DNA of 54,758 nt, from positions 1 to 54,758 of the IMG/VR virus record IMGVR_UViG_3300048631_000451. One strand, 5' to 3'. The notes below the pieces were generated by a model, which was not told the DNA's origin, did not search any database, and saw nothing but the letters and a program-made list of their open reading frames with translations. A program made the translations under genes and the position numbers. The stretch is from a virus. Lineage: Duplodnaviria; Caudoviricetes. This document shows, in pieces, positions 29,434-38,429 of the stretch (position 1 is the stretch's first letter; the number at the start of each line of letters is the position of its first letter).

Positions 29434-30156
29434 TTAGCCCTGAATAGCTTGTTTAACTATGGTGCTAAAAATAAAGTCTTTCGCTTGTTGTTCTACCGGT
29501 AGATGGTGGAACGGGACCATACAAGGATGCTCTTTTTTATCAGCATCTTTAACCTTGCCATACTTCCAACCTTGAATAGCTTTTTCAGCCATCCAACTAT
29601 CATGGGAAGCACTAACCGGTGCATCAGGGTTAAGGATATGAAAAGCAACACCTTTAATCGCTGAGTCAATTTGCCATTGTGGTGCCATTTCCCAGCTTGG
29701 CTGCTCTTCGCGAAGTGCTTTGCAATAGGCACGGTTTACTTCATGGCACATTTTAGCGATAGCTGTCACCTGCCCCATATGCTCTTTTGGTATGCCCAGC
29801 TCGTCCGCGCCTTCAAAATCAGCAAACTCAATTTTGTTGTATCCATCTTCGAAAACTTCTTTAGGACTAATAGAGACATAATCATTTTCATAAAGTACTA
29901 AATAATCACCTGCTACTGGCTTGTATCTAGCCGTTAGTTCGGTGCTTGCTAAATACGGTAGTTGGACATCAGTACCCGGTATACCGATAATTAAAGATAG
30001 CTCGGGTTGTTCCTCTAACTTAGCTACTGATTTAATTTCAGCTGCCTGTACTACTTTGAAGCATTGAAACTCAGCCATTACTTCACGAATATGAACAGTT
30101 GCGCCATCATTACCGCACACTAAAACATTTATTAATTCTTCGGTTTGCTCACTCAT
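29434..30156 (-). CDS. Two-domain protein: N-terminal GDYLVxYxxxYxSxSPKxxFExGY domain plus C-terminal RyR domain
   Basis: HDSWMAEKAIQGWKYGKVKDADKKEHPCMVPFHHLP.EQQAKD is the RyR-repeat signature. Confidence 0.85.
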   Translation of the reverse strand: MSEQTEELINVLVCGNDGATVHIREVMAEFQCFKVVQAAEIKSVAKLEEQPELSLIIGIPGTDVQLPYLASTELTARYKPVAGDYLVLYENDYVSISPKEVFEDGYNKIEFADFEGADELGIPKEHMGQVTAIAKMCHEVNRAYCKALREEQPSWEMAPQWQIDSAIKGVAFHILNPDAPVSASHDSWMAEKAIQGWKYGKVKDADKKEHPCMVPFHHLPVEQQAKDFIFSTIVKQAIQG

Positions 30157-30158
30157 TT

Positions 30159-32252
30159 TTACACCTGTATAGCGTCTAGTTGCTGTTGTAAGTTTGTTTG
30201 TATTGATGACTTAAGTGCTGCTACTTCTGCGTGTTTCTTCTGTACCTCAGCAATGATATTTTGCGTTTCGGCTTGGATCTTCTCGTCTTTCACGCCTTCA
30301 GTTTCAGCTTTCTTCTGAATTTCATTGATACGTGCTTCAAGCTGCTTATTTTCCAATACGATTTTTTGCACCTTCTGCTGAATTTCTTGTTGCTGCAGTT
30401 GCTCAATTGCTTGTTGTTTTTCAGACTGAGCTTGTGCCTGTGCCAATTCTTCCTCAGTCATATCCTCTTTAGCTTTTGGAATGTTCAAGGCTTGGCGTAA
30501 GGTTGATAGAAATTCTTCTTTGTTTGGCAAATCCATGAGCTCTACAAGCATTGGTAAAGTTGCGGCTTGAGCTTCTGGCGGTATTTGACTCATCGTGTTA
30601 CTGAGCAGTGTCGCTTGTTGCTGTCTGTATGTTGGCGTGGCTTTCACTGGTGCAAGTGCCATGTGCCCGCGCCAACGTGCTACATCATTATTGCGTTTAC
30701 CTTCAGGGTTTGGCTCATTAATAACAATAGAACGGCGCTTTGCTTTATCTTCACGGTTAACGGTTACCTCGATGTTATTTTGAGGCTTAAGATCTTCGAT
30801 AATATAAGCTAGAAGCAGCTCACCTACTTTGTTTCGCGAGTAATGGAAATTATCGTTTATTTCAGCAAGTGTTGTTGTGCCTTGCTCTACCAAGTTGGCA
30901 ATAGCTACACCACTTGTTGCATTACTGTCTTGGCCTAACATCGAGTTATAGACACCGGCACAATCTTGTATCAGCTTCATATCATGCTGCATCAAGTTAA
31001 ACTGTTGTGCTGCAATGCCTACATCGTTTTGAATGCTTATTGCATCACTGGCCTTGCCTTTGTTCTTTCGCTCTGGATTAAGCTTGATGTAACCATCTGG
31101 CTTTTCAACCTCTTCCTTTACGCGCCTATCTGATAACTGTGTTGCATCTTCATCTGCGATAACACGCCTTGCTTGAAGTAAATAGTTTAAACGGATCACT
31201 CGAGCGTTAATGCCATCTTGTGCAGGTATCATTCGACTAACTAGACCATAAGGTTCGCCGCTTGCGTCTTTTTGATAACCGATGAATGGCACAAGGTTAA
31301 ACATACCGCCTGGTGCTTCGCTTGGTCGATCAATAATACGATGTGGGCCAATAAACCATGCTTCACGTACATTAGGGAATGCAGCATATTCAAGCTGAAC
31401 TTTACCGCTATTAACAGCTGCAACATGTGCCGTATTGTTCTTATCAAACTCGATAACACGACCGTCAGACAGTCGAATAATGTGAGCACGCTTCCACACT
31501 TTGTAATAGATAACTTGCAGTAACACACGTTTACGTGTTGTGTCTAACCACTCACTAGTTGCTCTATTCCAGCTTTGTGCATCACTCCATGCAGATTGCA
31601 GCGCATGATCTTCGGTGTGTTCTTCATCCAACGTTCTCAAGAAGTCTTCCCAGTGATTAACTGATTGCTCCAAGATTTCCTTATGCTCTGGAAAAGTCGC
31701 TATTGCTTCATCTAAATCAAGCCATTTGCGACGGGCAATCCAGCGTGCATCACTTCTATCAGCTTCAACAGCATGAAAATCCCACCAAACCTCACGACGA
31801 TGAATAAACTTAATTCGGTATGGCGCTGCAAAAGGGATTGGATTTTTAGTAACTTCCACCCAGCCAATTCCCGCTTTTAATTGGCTCGCGTATGCATCAG
31901 AACACGCTCGGTCGCCATTAGCTAAGCGCCAATAGTCTTTGAACTTTTCATTAAGCGCCTTCGCTAGCTCTTCACCTTGATCGTCATCAGCTGAAACCAT
32001 CAAGTCAGAACGTGAACGAGCTTCTAAGCCTAATACGCCATCAATTGTTGGGCCAATCATGTTGTGAACAATGTCAGGTTGCCCACGCTCTGCTAAAACA
32101 GCTTTAACTTTTGCACTTAATTGGTCGCCATCATAATACGCACAAGCTTTTGTTGCGGGTGTTCGCCAATCAGGTTGTGAGTCAATGTCACCAAGGATCG
32201 ACAATAGCTTATCTAACGACAAGCCATCTTTGTTCTTTGCAAAATCAGCCAT
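30159..32252 (-). CDS. Portal protein (P22-like, with C-terminal barrel coiled coil)
   Basis: YYDGDQ, N.IGPTIDGVLG.E, AGIGWVEV, PYGLV..M..AQD, SGVAI..VEQG motifs; follows terL. Confidence 0.92.
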   Translation of the reverse strand: MADFAKNKDGLSLDKLLSILGDIDSQPDWRTPATKACAYYDGDQLSAKVKAVLAERGQPDIVHNMIGPTIDGVLGLEARSRSDLMVSADDDQGEELAKALNEKFKDYWRLANGDRACSDAYASQLKAGIGWVEVTKNPIPFAAPYRIKFIHRREVWWDFHAVEADRSDARWIARRKWLDLDEAIATFPEHKEILEQSVNHWEDFLRTLDEEHTEDHALQSAWSDAQSWNRATSEWLDTTRKRVLLQVIYYKVWKRAHIIRLSDGRVIEFDKNNTAHVAAVNSGKVQLEYAAFPNVREAWFIGPHRIIDRPSEAPGGMFNLVPFIGYQKDASGEPYGLVSRMIPAQDGINARVIRLNYLLQARRVIADEDATQLSDRRVKEEVEKPDGYIKLNPERKNKGKASDAISIQNDVGIAAQQFNLMQHDMKLIQDCAGVYNSMLGQDSNATSGVAIANLVEQGTTTLAEINDNFHYSRNKVGELLLAYIIEDLKPQNNIEVTVNREDKAKRRSIVINEPNPEGKRNNDVARWRGHMALAPVKATPTYRQQQATLLSNTMSQIPPEAQAATLPMLVELMDLPNKEEFLSTLRQALNIPKAKEDMTEEELAQAQAQSEKQQAIEQLQQQEIQQKVQKIVLENKQLEARINEIQKKAETEGVKDEKIQAETQNIIAEVQKKHAEVAALKSSIQTNLQQQLDAIQV

Positions 32253-32255
32253 CTA

Positions 32256-33989
32256 TTATCGTGCCATCCAAGAGTTAGGGTTGTGCGGTGCGGGAGTATT
32301 ATCTTTAATGAGTTTCTTAGGCATTCTGACAAGCATTTCTTTAGCAATCATGTAGCTCATTACTTGATCATCAAAACCACCAGGCTGAGCGCCCATTCGT
32401 CCTTTTTTATCGTAAACAAAGGTGTTTAATTCGTTGGCTGTTCCGCGCCAAACAATGCCGTCCTTGTCATGTGTAAGTAGTTCATCCAAACCACTAGTGA
32501 GTATTGGTTTAGACTGTGCACTGGTATGCCATCCTACTTTTTTTGTTTCTTCGTCCGTGTCTTCACGATCAATGTGTTCTTCTGTGTAAATCCGGCTAGT
32601 CGGGTAAATCTCAACTAACTCTTGAAGTGTTGCATGACCGTGGTTGTTACGCTCTATGCCAATAAACGCCTTGTTATACATCAGGCCAATATGCTTATTG
32701 ATATGAGCAAAGCGTTTAGGATCTATATGACCAAACCAATGAGCGACTTGGCGACCGTCTGATTTAGCACATACATCTAATGAGCTGCGATCGCCGTGCT
32801 CAAGTCCTTCTGCAACATCGCCGCCGATCGCATATTCTTCGTCATCGTCTGGCAGTTCCCAAACGAGTAAGTAACCAAGTGTTGACTGTGCTAGCTTGTC
32901 AGCTGCTTTAGATGATAAGTCCACTTTGCCATTCATCTTTTTAAGCTTGCCTGTATAGGGCTCAATCTCATAAACAATGAGAGGCTTTTTGCAACGACCT
33001 TCAACACGCATTAAGTCATCACTCGCAAATACTTTGCGGCCTGAAGTTAAAAACGCTTCCATTGGCGTAGATGGAAACTCCTGTTTCATCTTGTCCTTCA
33101 TGTTGCGTTCTTTGCCGGTGTACCAACATATCTGCTCTTCACTGAGCGTTATTCCGTTGGCAGCTTCAACTGACTTAAAGTACTTAACTTGTTCTTTAGT
33201 TAGCTTTAAACCGCCTGTTGGGACTGGTGCAACATACTTAGGGTCTTCAAACCAAGGAAAGAAGTGAAACTTAAAGTTTTGTCTCGTTAATGAAATGCCT
33301 GACTCTAGCAATTCCATTGCTTCTACAGACATATCGAAAAAGTTACCGGCTGCGCCTTCTGCTGTAGACTCAACGAATATTAATGAGCCGTCATGAACAG
33401 CATTGAATGAGCCGCTTTTAACTTCTTCTGCCCGTAATGGGTATTGAGCGCATATCTTGCCGTACTCGGACACGTGCAAGACTTGAAGCGTTCCAGAGCG
33501 GAACGAAACCGCAACGCGAACCCAACTATCATTGTTGAACCAAATACCAGTGCCCGTTTTACTTTTAATCGAGCGCTTACCTGTCTTTAGCCAACTTGGT
33601 AACCGTTCGTATGGGTAAAGTATCTTGGATGAAAATATCGCGCTTGCTTCGTCCTTGCCTTGAGCAATAACGCCACACTGCCTGTTATCGTTGAACATAG
33701 CGTGATCAAGAATAAAAACTTGAATAGCAGTACTAAAGCCCAACTGACGCGCTTTTAAGATGATGTTTAAAAACCACATCGTCATAAACAACATGGTTTG
33801 TGCTAACCGGCAACGAAATAAAACCTCTTGGCCTTTCTCGTTAGCGATAATGTAAAGGTTGTTTAGTCGCCACCACCAACAGTCTAAATATGGCTCACAA
33901 CGTTCTAACAGGTCTACATCATCTAAAGTGAAGCGTTCTTCTTCTGTTAACCAGGTGCTTTTTGGATATTTAGCGAGCTTTGGCTGCAT
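32256..33989 (-). CDS. terL: Terminase large subunit
   Basis: Walker A ILKARQLGFST, LHVSEYGK, ESTAEG; nuclease motifs GGDVAEG, ERNNHG, DDQVMS. Confidence 0.95.
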   Translation of the reverse strand: MQPKLAKYPKSTWLTEEERFTLDDVDLLERCEPYLDCWWWRLNNLYIIANEKGQEVLFRCRLAQTMLFMTMWFLNIILKARQLGFSTAIQVFILDHAMFNDNRQCGVIAQGKDEASAIFSSKILYPYERLPSWLKTGKRSIKSKTGTGIWFNNDSWVRVAVSFRSGTLQVLHVSEYGKICAQYPLRAEEVKSGSFNAVHDGSLIFVESTAEGAAGNFFDMSVEAMELLESGISLTRQNFKFHFFPWFEDPKYVAPVPTGGLKLTKEQVKYFKSVEAANGITLSEEQICWYTGKERNMKDKMKQEFPSTPMEAFLTSGRKVFASDDLMRVEGRCKKPLIVYEIEPYTGKLKKMNGKVDLSSKAADKLAQSTLGYLLVWELPDDDEEYAIGGDVAEGLEHGDRSSLDVCAKSDGRQVAHWFGHIDPKRFAHINKHIGLMYNKAFIGIERNNHGHATLQELVEIYPTSRIYTEEHIDREDTDEETKKVGWHTSAQSKPILTSGLDELLTHDKDGIVWRGTANELNTFVYDKKGRMGAQPGGFDDQVMSYMIAKEMLVRMPKKLIKDNTPAPHNPNSWMAR

Positions 33990-34702
33990 TATTCACTTAC
34001 CACCTGATCTAAGCCGTCAGTGCGACTATCAATGAAGTTATCAAGCTTGCTAGTGCCACCCGCTTCTTTTCTCGCTTTCGTAGCTTCGTGTTCAGCAATT
34101 TCCGCTTGATGTTTACCGCGCTTAGTTGCATGAACCAGTGCTTTAGTTTGTTGTGATATTCTTGATGTTTCAGCAATCAACTTGCCGCGTGCGAGTGAGT
34201 CCGTTTCAAGATTTGATAGCGTTTTTATAATTGATTCAACGCGTGTAATGTTTCTATCTAGCGCTGACTCTGCTTTGAATAATGACTCATAAAACCGCGC
34301 TGCTGTATCAACATCAGTTTCAGGATCTTCAAGCTTCTTATTGATCCCTTCCATGGCCTTCATAACCATGTGAATGCGTGCTCGACAAAGAGCGAGCTCA
34401 TCTTCAAGGGTTGTGGCTTCTACAAGTTGATTTACTTCATTCTCGAAGTATTTTGTATAACCACCATGCGTTACAAGGTGCCGATTTCGAGTGCCAGGTT
34501 TTACACCGGGCTTTTGCTTACCTTCCTTAGTTTTACGCTCTCTAGCCTTTGGTTGTTTCTTCAAGTTGGTTTGAGGCAGCTTTATATAACGTCTTGCTGT
34601 TGCGTAATTAAGGCCGTGACTTTCACAGAAATCACGCGGGCCTATACCACTCTCTTCATGCTCCTTTAAGAATAGTGCCTTTAAATCGTCCCATTTTGAC
34701 AC
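33989..34702 (-). CDS. terS: Terminase small subunit
   Basis: N-terminal HTH (FCESHGLNYATARRYI), N..THGGY motif; overlaps the terL start. Confidence 0.85.
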   Translation of the reverse strand: MSKWDDLKALFLKEHEESGIGPRDFCESHGLNYATARRYIKLPQTNLKKQPKARERKTKEGKQKPGVKPGTRNRHLVTHGGYTKYFENEVNQLVEATTLEDELALCRARIHMVMKAMEGINKKLEDPETDVDTAARFYESLFKAESALDRNITRVESIIKTLSNLETDSLARGKLIAETSRISQQTKALVHATKRGKHQAEIAEHEATKARKEAGGTSKLDNFIDSRTDGLDQVVSE

Positions 34703-34974
34703 TACTGTTCACCGTAGCCTGCCTTGCACTCAGCTAATGCTTGTTCATCGTCACGTACTAGTTCTCTCATACGTGCCTTATGGTACTCAGCATCTTCACG
34801 GCGTTTCTGAAGTTCAAGCTCATGCTTTTTGCTCTGATAACGCCAGTTCATTAAAAACGTTATTACTGTGAACAAAATACCAAGCGCAAGGGCAATGTTA
34901 TTAAGTGACAATAAGCCACCGACACCAGTACCGATGCTTGCGGTGTAACTGGCTGCTGCTGTTGATTTATCCAT
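34702..34974 (-). CDS. Holin (HP1-like)
   Basis: Start MDKSTAAASY; hydrophobic segment LSLNNIALALGILFTVITFLMNWRY followed by a charged C-terminus. Confidence 0.7.
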   Translation of the reverse strand: MDKSTAAASYTASIGTGVGGLLSLNNIALALGILFTVITFLMNWRYQSKKHELELQKRREDAEYHKARMRELVRDDEQALAECKAGYGEQ

Positions 34975-35251
34975 TGTTAAATTCGCTGGCCCATTGTTTG
35001 GTTCGTTTAATGTTTTCATTGCATTTATCTATGACAAACTCTAAATACTGCGCATACGCTAACAAACTCGCGTTTCCTGCTATTTGTTTAATGTCGATGT
35101 TACAGTTGGATAGATATTCTTCCGGCGGTGTTACGTACACGTATTTCGTCTGTACCACCGTCCTTGTCACACTCGCTGGTTCTTGCGTACTTGAGCAAGC
35201 GGATAGCATCACAAGGAACGCTATCATTAGCCCATTGTTTAGTAGCTTCAT
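34967..35251 (-). CDS. Rz1: o-spanin lipoprotein (Rz1-like)
   Basis: Lipobox MLSAC; PP..YL..C and C-terminal Cys; overlaps the i-spanin in another frame. Confidence 0.85.
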   Translation of the reverse strand: MKLLNNGLMIAFLVMLSACSSTQEPASVTRTVVQTKYVYVTPPEEYLSNCNIDIKQIAGNASLLAYAQYLEFVIDKCNENIKRTKQWASEFNNG

Positions 35252-35588
35252 CGCTTGACTCTCGTAACTTGTCTATTTCAGATTGTGAAGTATTTAAGCT
35301 GTTTGTTAGCTGGCTTACTTCATCTTGGTAGGCTTGGTTAATGCGAGATAATGACTCTCGCTCACGTATTAACTTTTGATTCTGCTTTTCGGTTAGTTCA
35401 ACACTTTGCGCTAAGAACTCAGTTTGTATTGCTAGATTATCAATCTCTAAGCTTTTACTTTTAATCGTTTTATTAGCTTCTGTAAGATCGTTTTCAATAG
35501 TCACAAGTTGATATGTTGCGTAAGCCAGTGCCGCTAGTAATACGACGATAGCGATTCTTTCAATGCTGCTGAATAGTGCTTTGAACAT
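35100..35588 (-). CDS. Rz: i-spanin (Rz-like)
   Basis: N-terminal TM segment, coiled coil, WA..VP motif; follows the endolysin. Confidence 0.85.
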   Translation of the reverse strand: MFKALFSSIERIAIVVLLAALAYATYQLVTIENDLTEANKTIKSKSLEIDNLAIQTEFLAQSVELTEKQNQKLIRERESLSRINQAYQDEVSQLTNSLNTSQSEIDKLRESSDEATKQWANDSVPCDAIRLLKYARTSECDKDGGTDEIRVRNTAGRISIQL

Positions 35589-36054
35589 TTGCTACTCCAT
35601 CAAGACATATTGAACGCTCTTTTTCTCTTCGCTTGATTAAGCCTGGTAACCTTTCACCTTTGGCAAAAATCCAGCGTGACAGCTCATTGCAAGCGCCAAT
35701 GCGATCGTTATCGTTTAACTTTTTAAGTAATGTGCTGCTTTGGAAGTTGCCTGAGCCAACGTTGTAATGAAATGATAAATACGCAATGTGCTCGCCTTGG
35801 CTTAGTTTTATATTGATAGCATTCATTAACTGTTCATTATGAGCTGCCAAATCATCAGCTAATAAGTTCAAACATTCATCTTCTGTGTACTCTTTGCCAA
35901 CAACAGCTGTTTCAGTATGACCGTAACAAGTCGTCGCTATGCCAACAGGGTCAACATAGCCGGTTAGTTCTTGCCCCTCGAAAGTAGCGACTGTTACACC
36001 CGCAGCCGCAAGAATGCCGGAAAACCCCAGCGCTATAAGTTTTCCTGCTTTCAT
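35560..36054 (-). CDS. SAR endolysin, GH24 lysozyme
   Basis: Gly/Ala-rich N-terminal SAR helix; E-x8-D-x5-T triad (FEGQELTGYVDPVGIATTCYGH), YNVG, STLLKKLN, GLIKRR. Confidence 0.95.
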   Translation of the reverse strand: MKAGKLIALGFSGILAAAGVTVATFEGQELTGYVDPVGIATTCYGHTETAVVGKEYTEDECLNLLADDLAAHNEQLMNAINIKLSQGEHIAYLSFHYNVGSGNFQSSTLLKKLNDNDRIGACNELSRWIFAKGERLPGLIKRREKERSICLDGVANVQSTIQQH

Positions 36055-36078
36055 AGTTTGTTCTCAAATTTTAGGTAT

Positions 36079-36103
36079 AAAAAAACCCGCGAGGTGCGGG
36101 TTT
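36079..36103 (-). terminator. Intrinsic terminator immediately upstream of the lysis cassette
   Basis: Minus strand AAACCCGC-acctc-GCGGGTTTTTTT. Confidence 0.85.
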
Positions 36104-36119
36104 AACTAATCAATAATTG

Positions 36120-36674
36120 TTAAAAGTGACCAAAAAGCAATTGCTTAGTAATAACTTGATCTTGAGTGGTTCTAAACTTCAATTCAACTCTAAGGTTTTT
36201 CAATAAGAATAAGAACCGCTCATAATTACTCCCGCTCAATCCCCTAGCGGTAATGAGACTATGCGAACTATTAGGACTTATTCCTAACGGTCCTCCAAGC
36301 TCTAACTTAATCTCCTTAAAGCTAGCTTTTATTTTGTCCTCAATTTCAATTTGACTAAGCTCTTTGCCGCCCAAAAATAATTTGTACTCAAGTTTTATGG
36401 CTGCTCCGTTTCCATAGTTGTGAAGGGTGTAGCGATAAAGGCCTTCAGGTTTACTATAGTACTCAAGTTTTTCAATGACTGGCTGAATAGAGTTCAAGAA
36501 TTGCTTTTCATTGTGCCTTAAGCCGTTCCATGCAAATAAAAAAGTAATGAGTGCTGCTGCAGTGGCAATCAAATCACTCAACTTCACTTCGAATGAAAAG
36601 CCTTGACCAACAATGACCCCTGCTGAAAATGTCAATAAAACTGCTATCACAGTCATTTTATCAAACTTCTGCAT
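36120..36674 (-). CDS. Hypothetical membrane protein (cargo between PR' and lysis genes)
   Basis: AAGGAG RBS; two N-terminal hydrophobic segments; N.G.GAA motif in a beta-rich domain; flanked by terminators. Confidence 0.75.
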   Translation of the reverse strand: MQKFDKMTVIAVLLTFSAGVIVGQGFSFEVKLSDLIATAAALITFLFAWNGLRHNEKQFLNSIQPVIEKLEYYSKPEGLYRYTLHNYGNGAAIKLEYKLFLGGKELSQIEIEDKIKASFKEIKLELGGPLGISPNSSHSLITARGLSGSNYERFLFLLKNLRVELKFRTTQDQVITKQLLFGHF

Positions 36675-36739
36675 GCTTTCTCCTTTTAAGCGTTATAGAT
36701 ATAAGATTAACATGCAAAGCTTTGTGGGAATATAAAAAC

Positions 36740-36773
36740 AAAAAATCCGCCAAGTCATAAACTAAGCGGATTT
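36740..36773 (-). terminator. tR'-like terminator just downstream of PR'
   Basis: Minus strand AAATCCGC-TTAGT..ACTTG-GCGGATTTTTT, starting about 15 nt after the -10 box. Confidence 0.8.
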
Positions 36774-36787
36774 CTTCAACATGGAAA

Positions 36788-36816
36788 ATACTATATCAGG
36801 ATTGGGGGGTTTGCAA
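36788..36816 (-). promoter_or_regulatory. Late promoter PR' (TTGCAA-N17-TAGTAT) with a putative Q-binding element ACCCCCCAAT
   Basis: Sigma70-like boxes with a 17-bp spacer, followed at once by a terminator; lies downstream of Q and upstream of lysis; motif duplicated at 12576-12604. Confidence 0.75.
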
Positions 36817-37734
36817 GTTAGAATCGTCATTTTCTGGCTCAACAAAAAATGGTTTGAAATAAGGTAGAGACTTAGAAAAGACTTCATCGAAATGTTCATC
36901 ACTCAACAAGCCTAGCGTATTTATCAAAAATAACGCCCTCTGCAAATCAATTGCAAACAACGCAATATCAAAATCCATACCAGAGTTTGAGTGTAATTTA
37001 ATATGTATCCCAATAAACATAAAGTTTTCAGTTACACTTCTTAGCTGTTCTTCTAAAACAACGCCTTTTGCTGAAGTATCCAATTGGCTTAATCTGTCTA
37101 AGCTTACTATGGGGTTGTCTTTATTAAAGATGACATTACTAGATTTCAAATTAGCATTTTGAATTTCGTGATGATTGTTCTCAGGAAAAGCATGCTTGTA
37201 TAGCCTTTCAGAGAAAATTAACAAGCTCTCCCCTTCAACTTTAGAATTATACCTAAACATTTTCTTACTCAATACTAACAAATTATCTAATTTATCCTTA
37301 AACCTTTGTATATGCTCATGATAAAGCAAGAAGCTTTCTTTTTTCATGTAAAGTGACAATTGACTCTCAAGTCTATCAGACTGTTTTTGAGCTATTTTTA
37401 ATTGTTCAAATGCTAAATTTTGCTGCATCTTTGATAATCTTAGCTGTTCAGAAAACTGCAAGCTTCTAGCGTATAAACCCAGTAACGTTGTTATAGTTAC
37501 CATTAATACAAAAAGTCTAATGGGTAATGCAAACGCAGCCTCCATACCTACCCAATTAGATAACTTCAATACATCATAGTCGATTTGATTTCCAACAAAT
37601 GCAAACTGAGCACCTAATAGCAGTAACGGTAAAATCCAAGTTAACGAAAGAGAAATTTCAAACCTAAACCTCCACTTTTCATATTCCTTTTCTTGGTAGT
37701 TCTTGTGCTTACTAACTAAGTCCAGATTTTCCAT
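36796..37734 (-). CDS. Hypothetical membrane protein with coiled coil (AT-rich moron)
   Basis: Two TM segments, Q-rich coiled coil and a helical C-domain; its last codons overlap PR'. Confidence 0.75.
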   Translation of the reverse strand: MENLDLVSKHKNYQEKEYEKWRFRFEISLSLTWILPLLLLGAQFAFVGNQIDYDVLKLSNWVGMEAAFALPIRLFVLMVTITTLLGLYARSLQFSEQLRLSKMQQNLAFEQLKIAQKQSDRLESQLSLYMKKESFLLYHEHIQRFKDKLDNLLVLSKKMFRYNSKVEGESLLIFSERLYKHAFPENNHHEIQNANLKSSNVIFNKDNPIVSLDRLSQLDTSAKGVVLEEQLRSVTENFMFIGIHIKLHSNSGMDFDIALFAIDLQRALFLINTLGLLSDEHFDEVFSKSLPYFKPFFVEPENDDSNLQTPQS

Positions 37735-37744
37735 AAACTAACCC

Positions 37745-38125
37745 TTAAACAACACTTTTTACACTTCCTCTATGCATTCTCACAGAGCTAATTACAACCC
37801 CTTCAAAAAGGTACTCATCATGCTTGGTAACTTTTACGGGTGGGTATTCATCGCTTGCAGAAAGCAGCAAGTTATTCTTGAGATCAGCAATTTTACAAAC
37901 AAACACGCCGTTGTACGCGCAAACAATAACATCGCCATGCTTAACATCAACGCTGCGGTCAATGATTAGCAGGTCGCCGTCAAAAATTCCGACTCCTTCC
38001 ATAGAACGGCCGCTAGCTACTCCATAGAAGGTTGCATCTTTGTTCTTCTCGATTAGCCCAGCAACTCCATTTTGAAATTCATTATAACTATTTCCTTTAA
38101 TTACATTACTTAGCAACACGCTCAT
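37745..38125 (-). CDS. umuD: UmuD'-like S24 peptidase-family protein
   Basis: ATFY..ASGRSM.G.GIFDGDLLIIDRS..HGDVIV..NG.FVCK..EGVV; lacks the N-terminal (A/C)GFPSPA cleavage segment. Confidence 0.85.
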   Translation of the reverse strand: MSVLLSNVIKGNSYNEFQNGVAGLIEKNKDATFYGVASGRSMEGVGIFDGDLLIIDRSVDVKHGDVIVCAYNGVFVCKIADLKNNLLLSASDEYPPVKVTKHDEYLFEGVVISSVRMHRGSVKSVV

Positions 38126-38240
38126 AGCTCTACCTGTTTTTGAGTTTTACATAACATTAATAATTAGTGGTTTCTCAAAATATTAAAATCAGTAAATTCT
38201 GAGTCCTGCTAGGTATAGTTCGTATTTCATTAGGGCTAGG

Positions 38241-38429
38241 TTAACTGTTTTTATCTCGCTCAATTTTGTCTGCCAAAGCTCTTAGCTTATATGCAATCGT
38301 CGCCTTGGTATCATTCTTATTGAAATAAGCTTCTAAATGTTCATTGTCGATATCTAGAGCTAATGTGAAATTGCAGTAATCGCCAAATCCTACTGGCTGT
38401 ACTTTTATGTTGGTGAGTTTTTGCTGCAT
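38241..38429 (-). CDS. Hypothetical protein
   Basis: Strong AAGGAG RBS; 62 aa. Confidence 0.65.
   Translation of the reverse strand: MQQKLTNIKVQPVGFGDYCNFTLALDIDNEHLEAYFNKNDTKATIAYKLRALADKIERDKNS

Noticed and set aside
2237-35331. Numerous 60-156 aa + strand ORFs within the late operon
   Set aside because: Antisense shadows of long, well-supported minus-strand genes with no recognisable motifs
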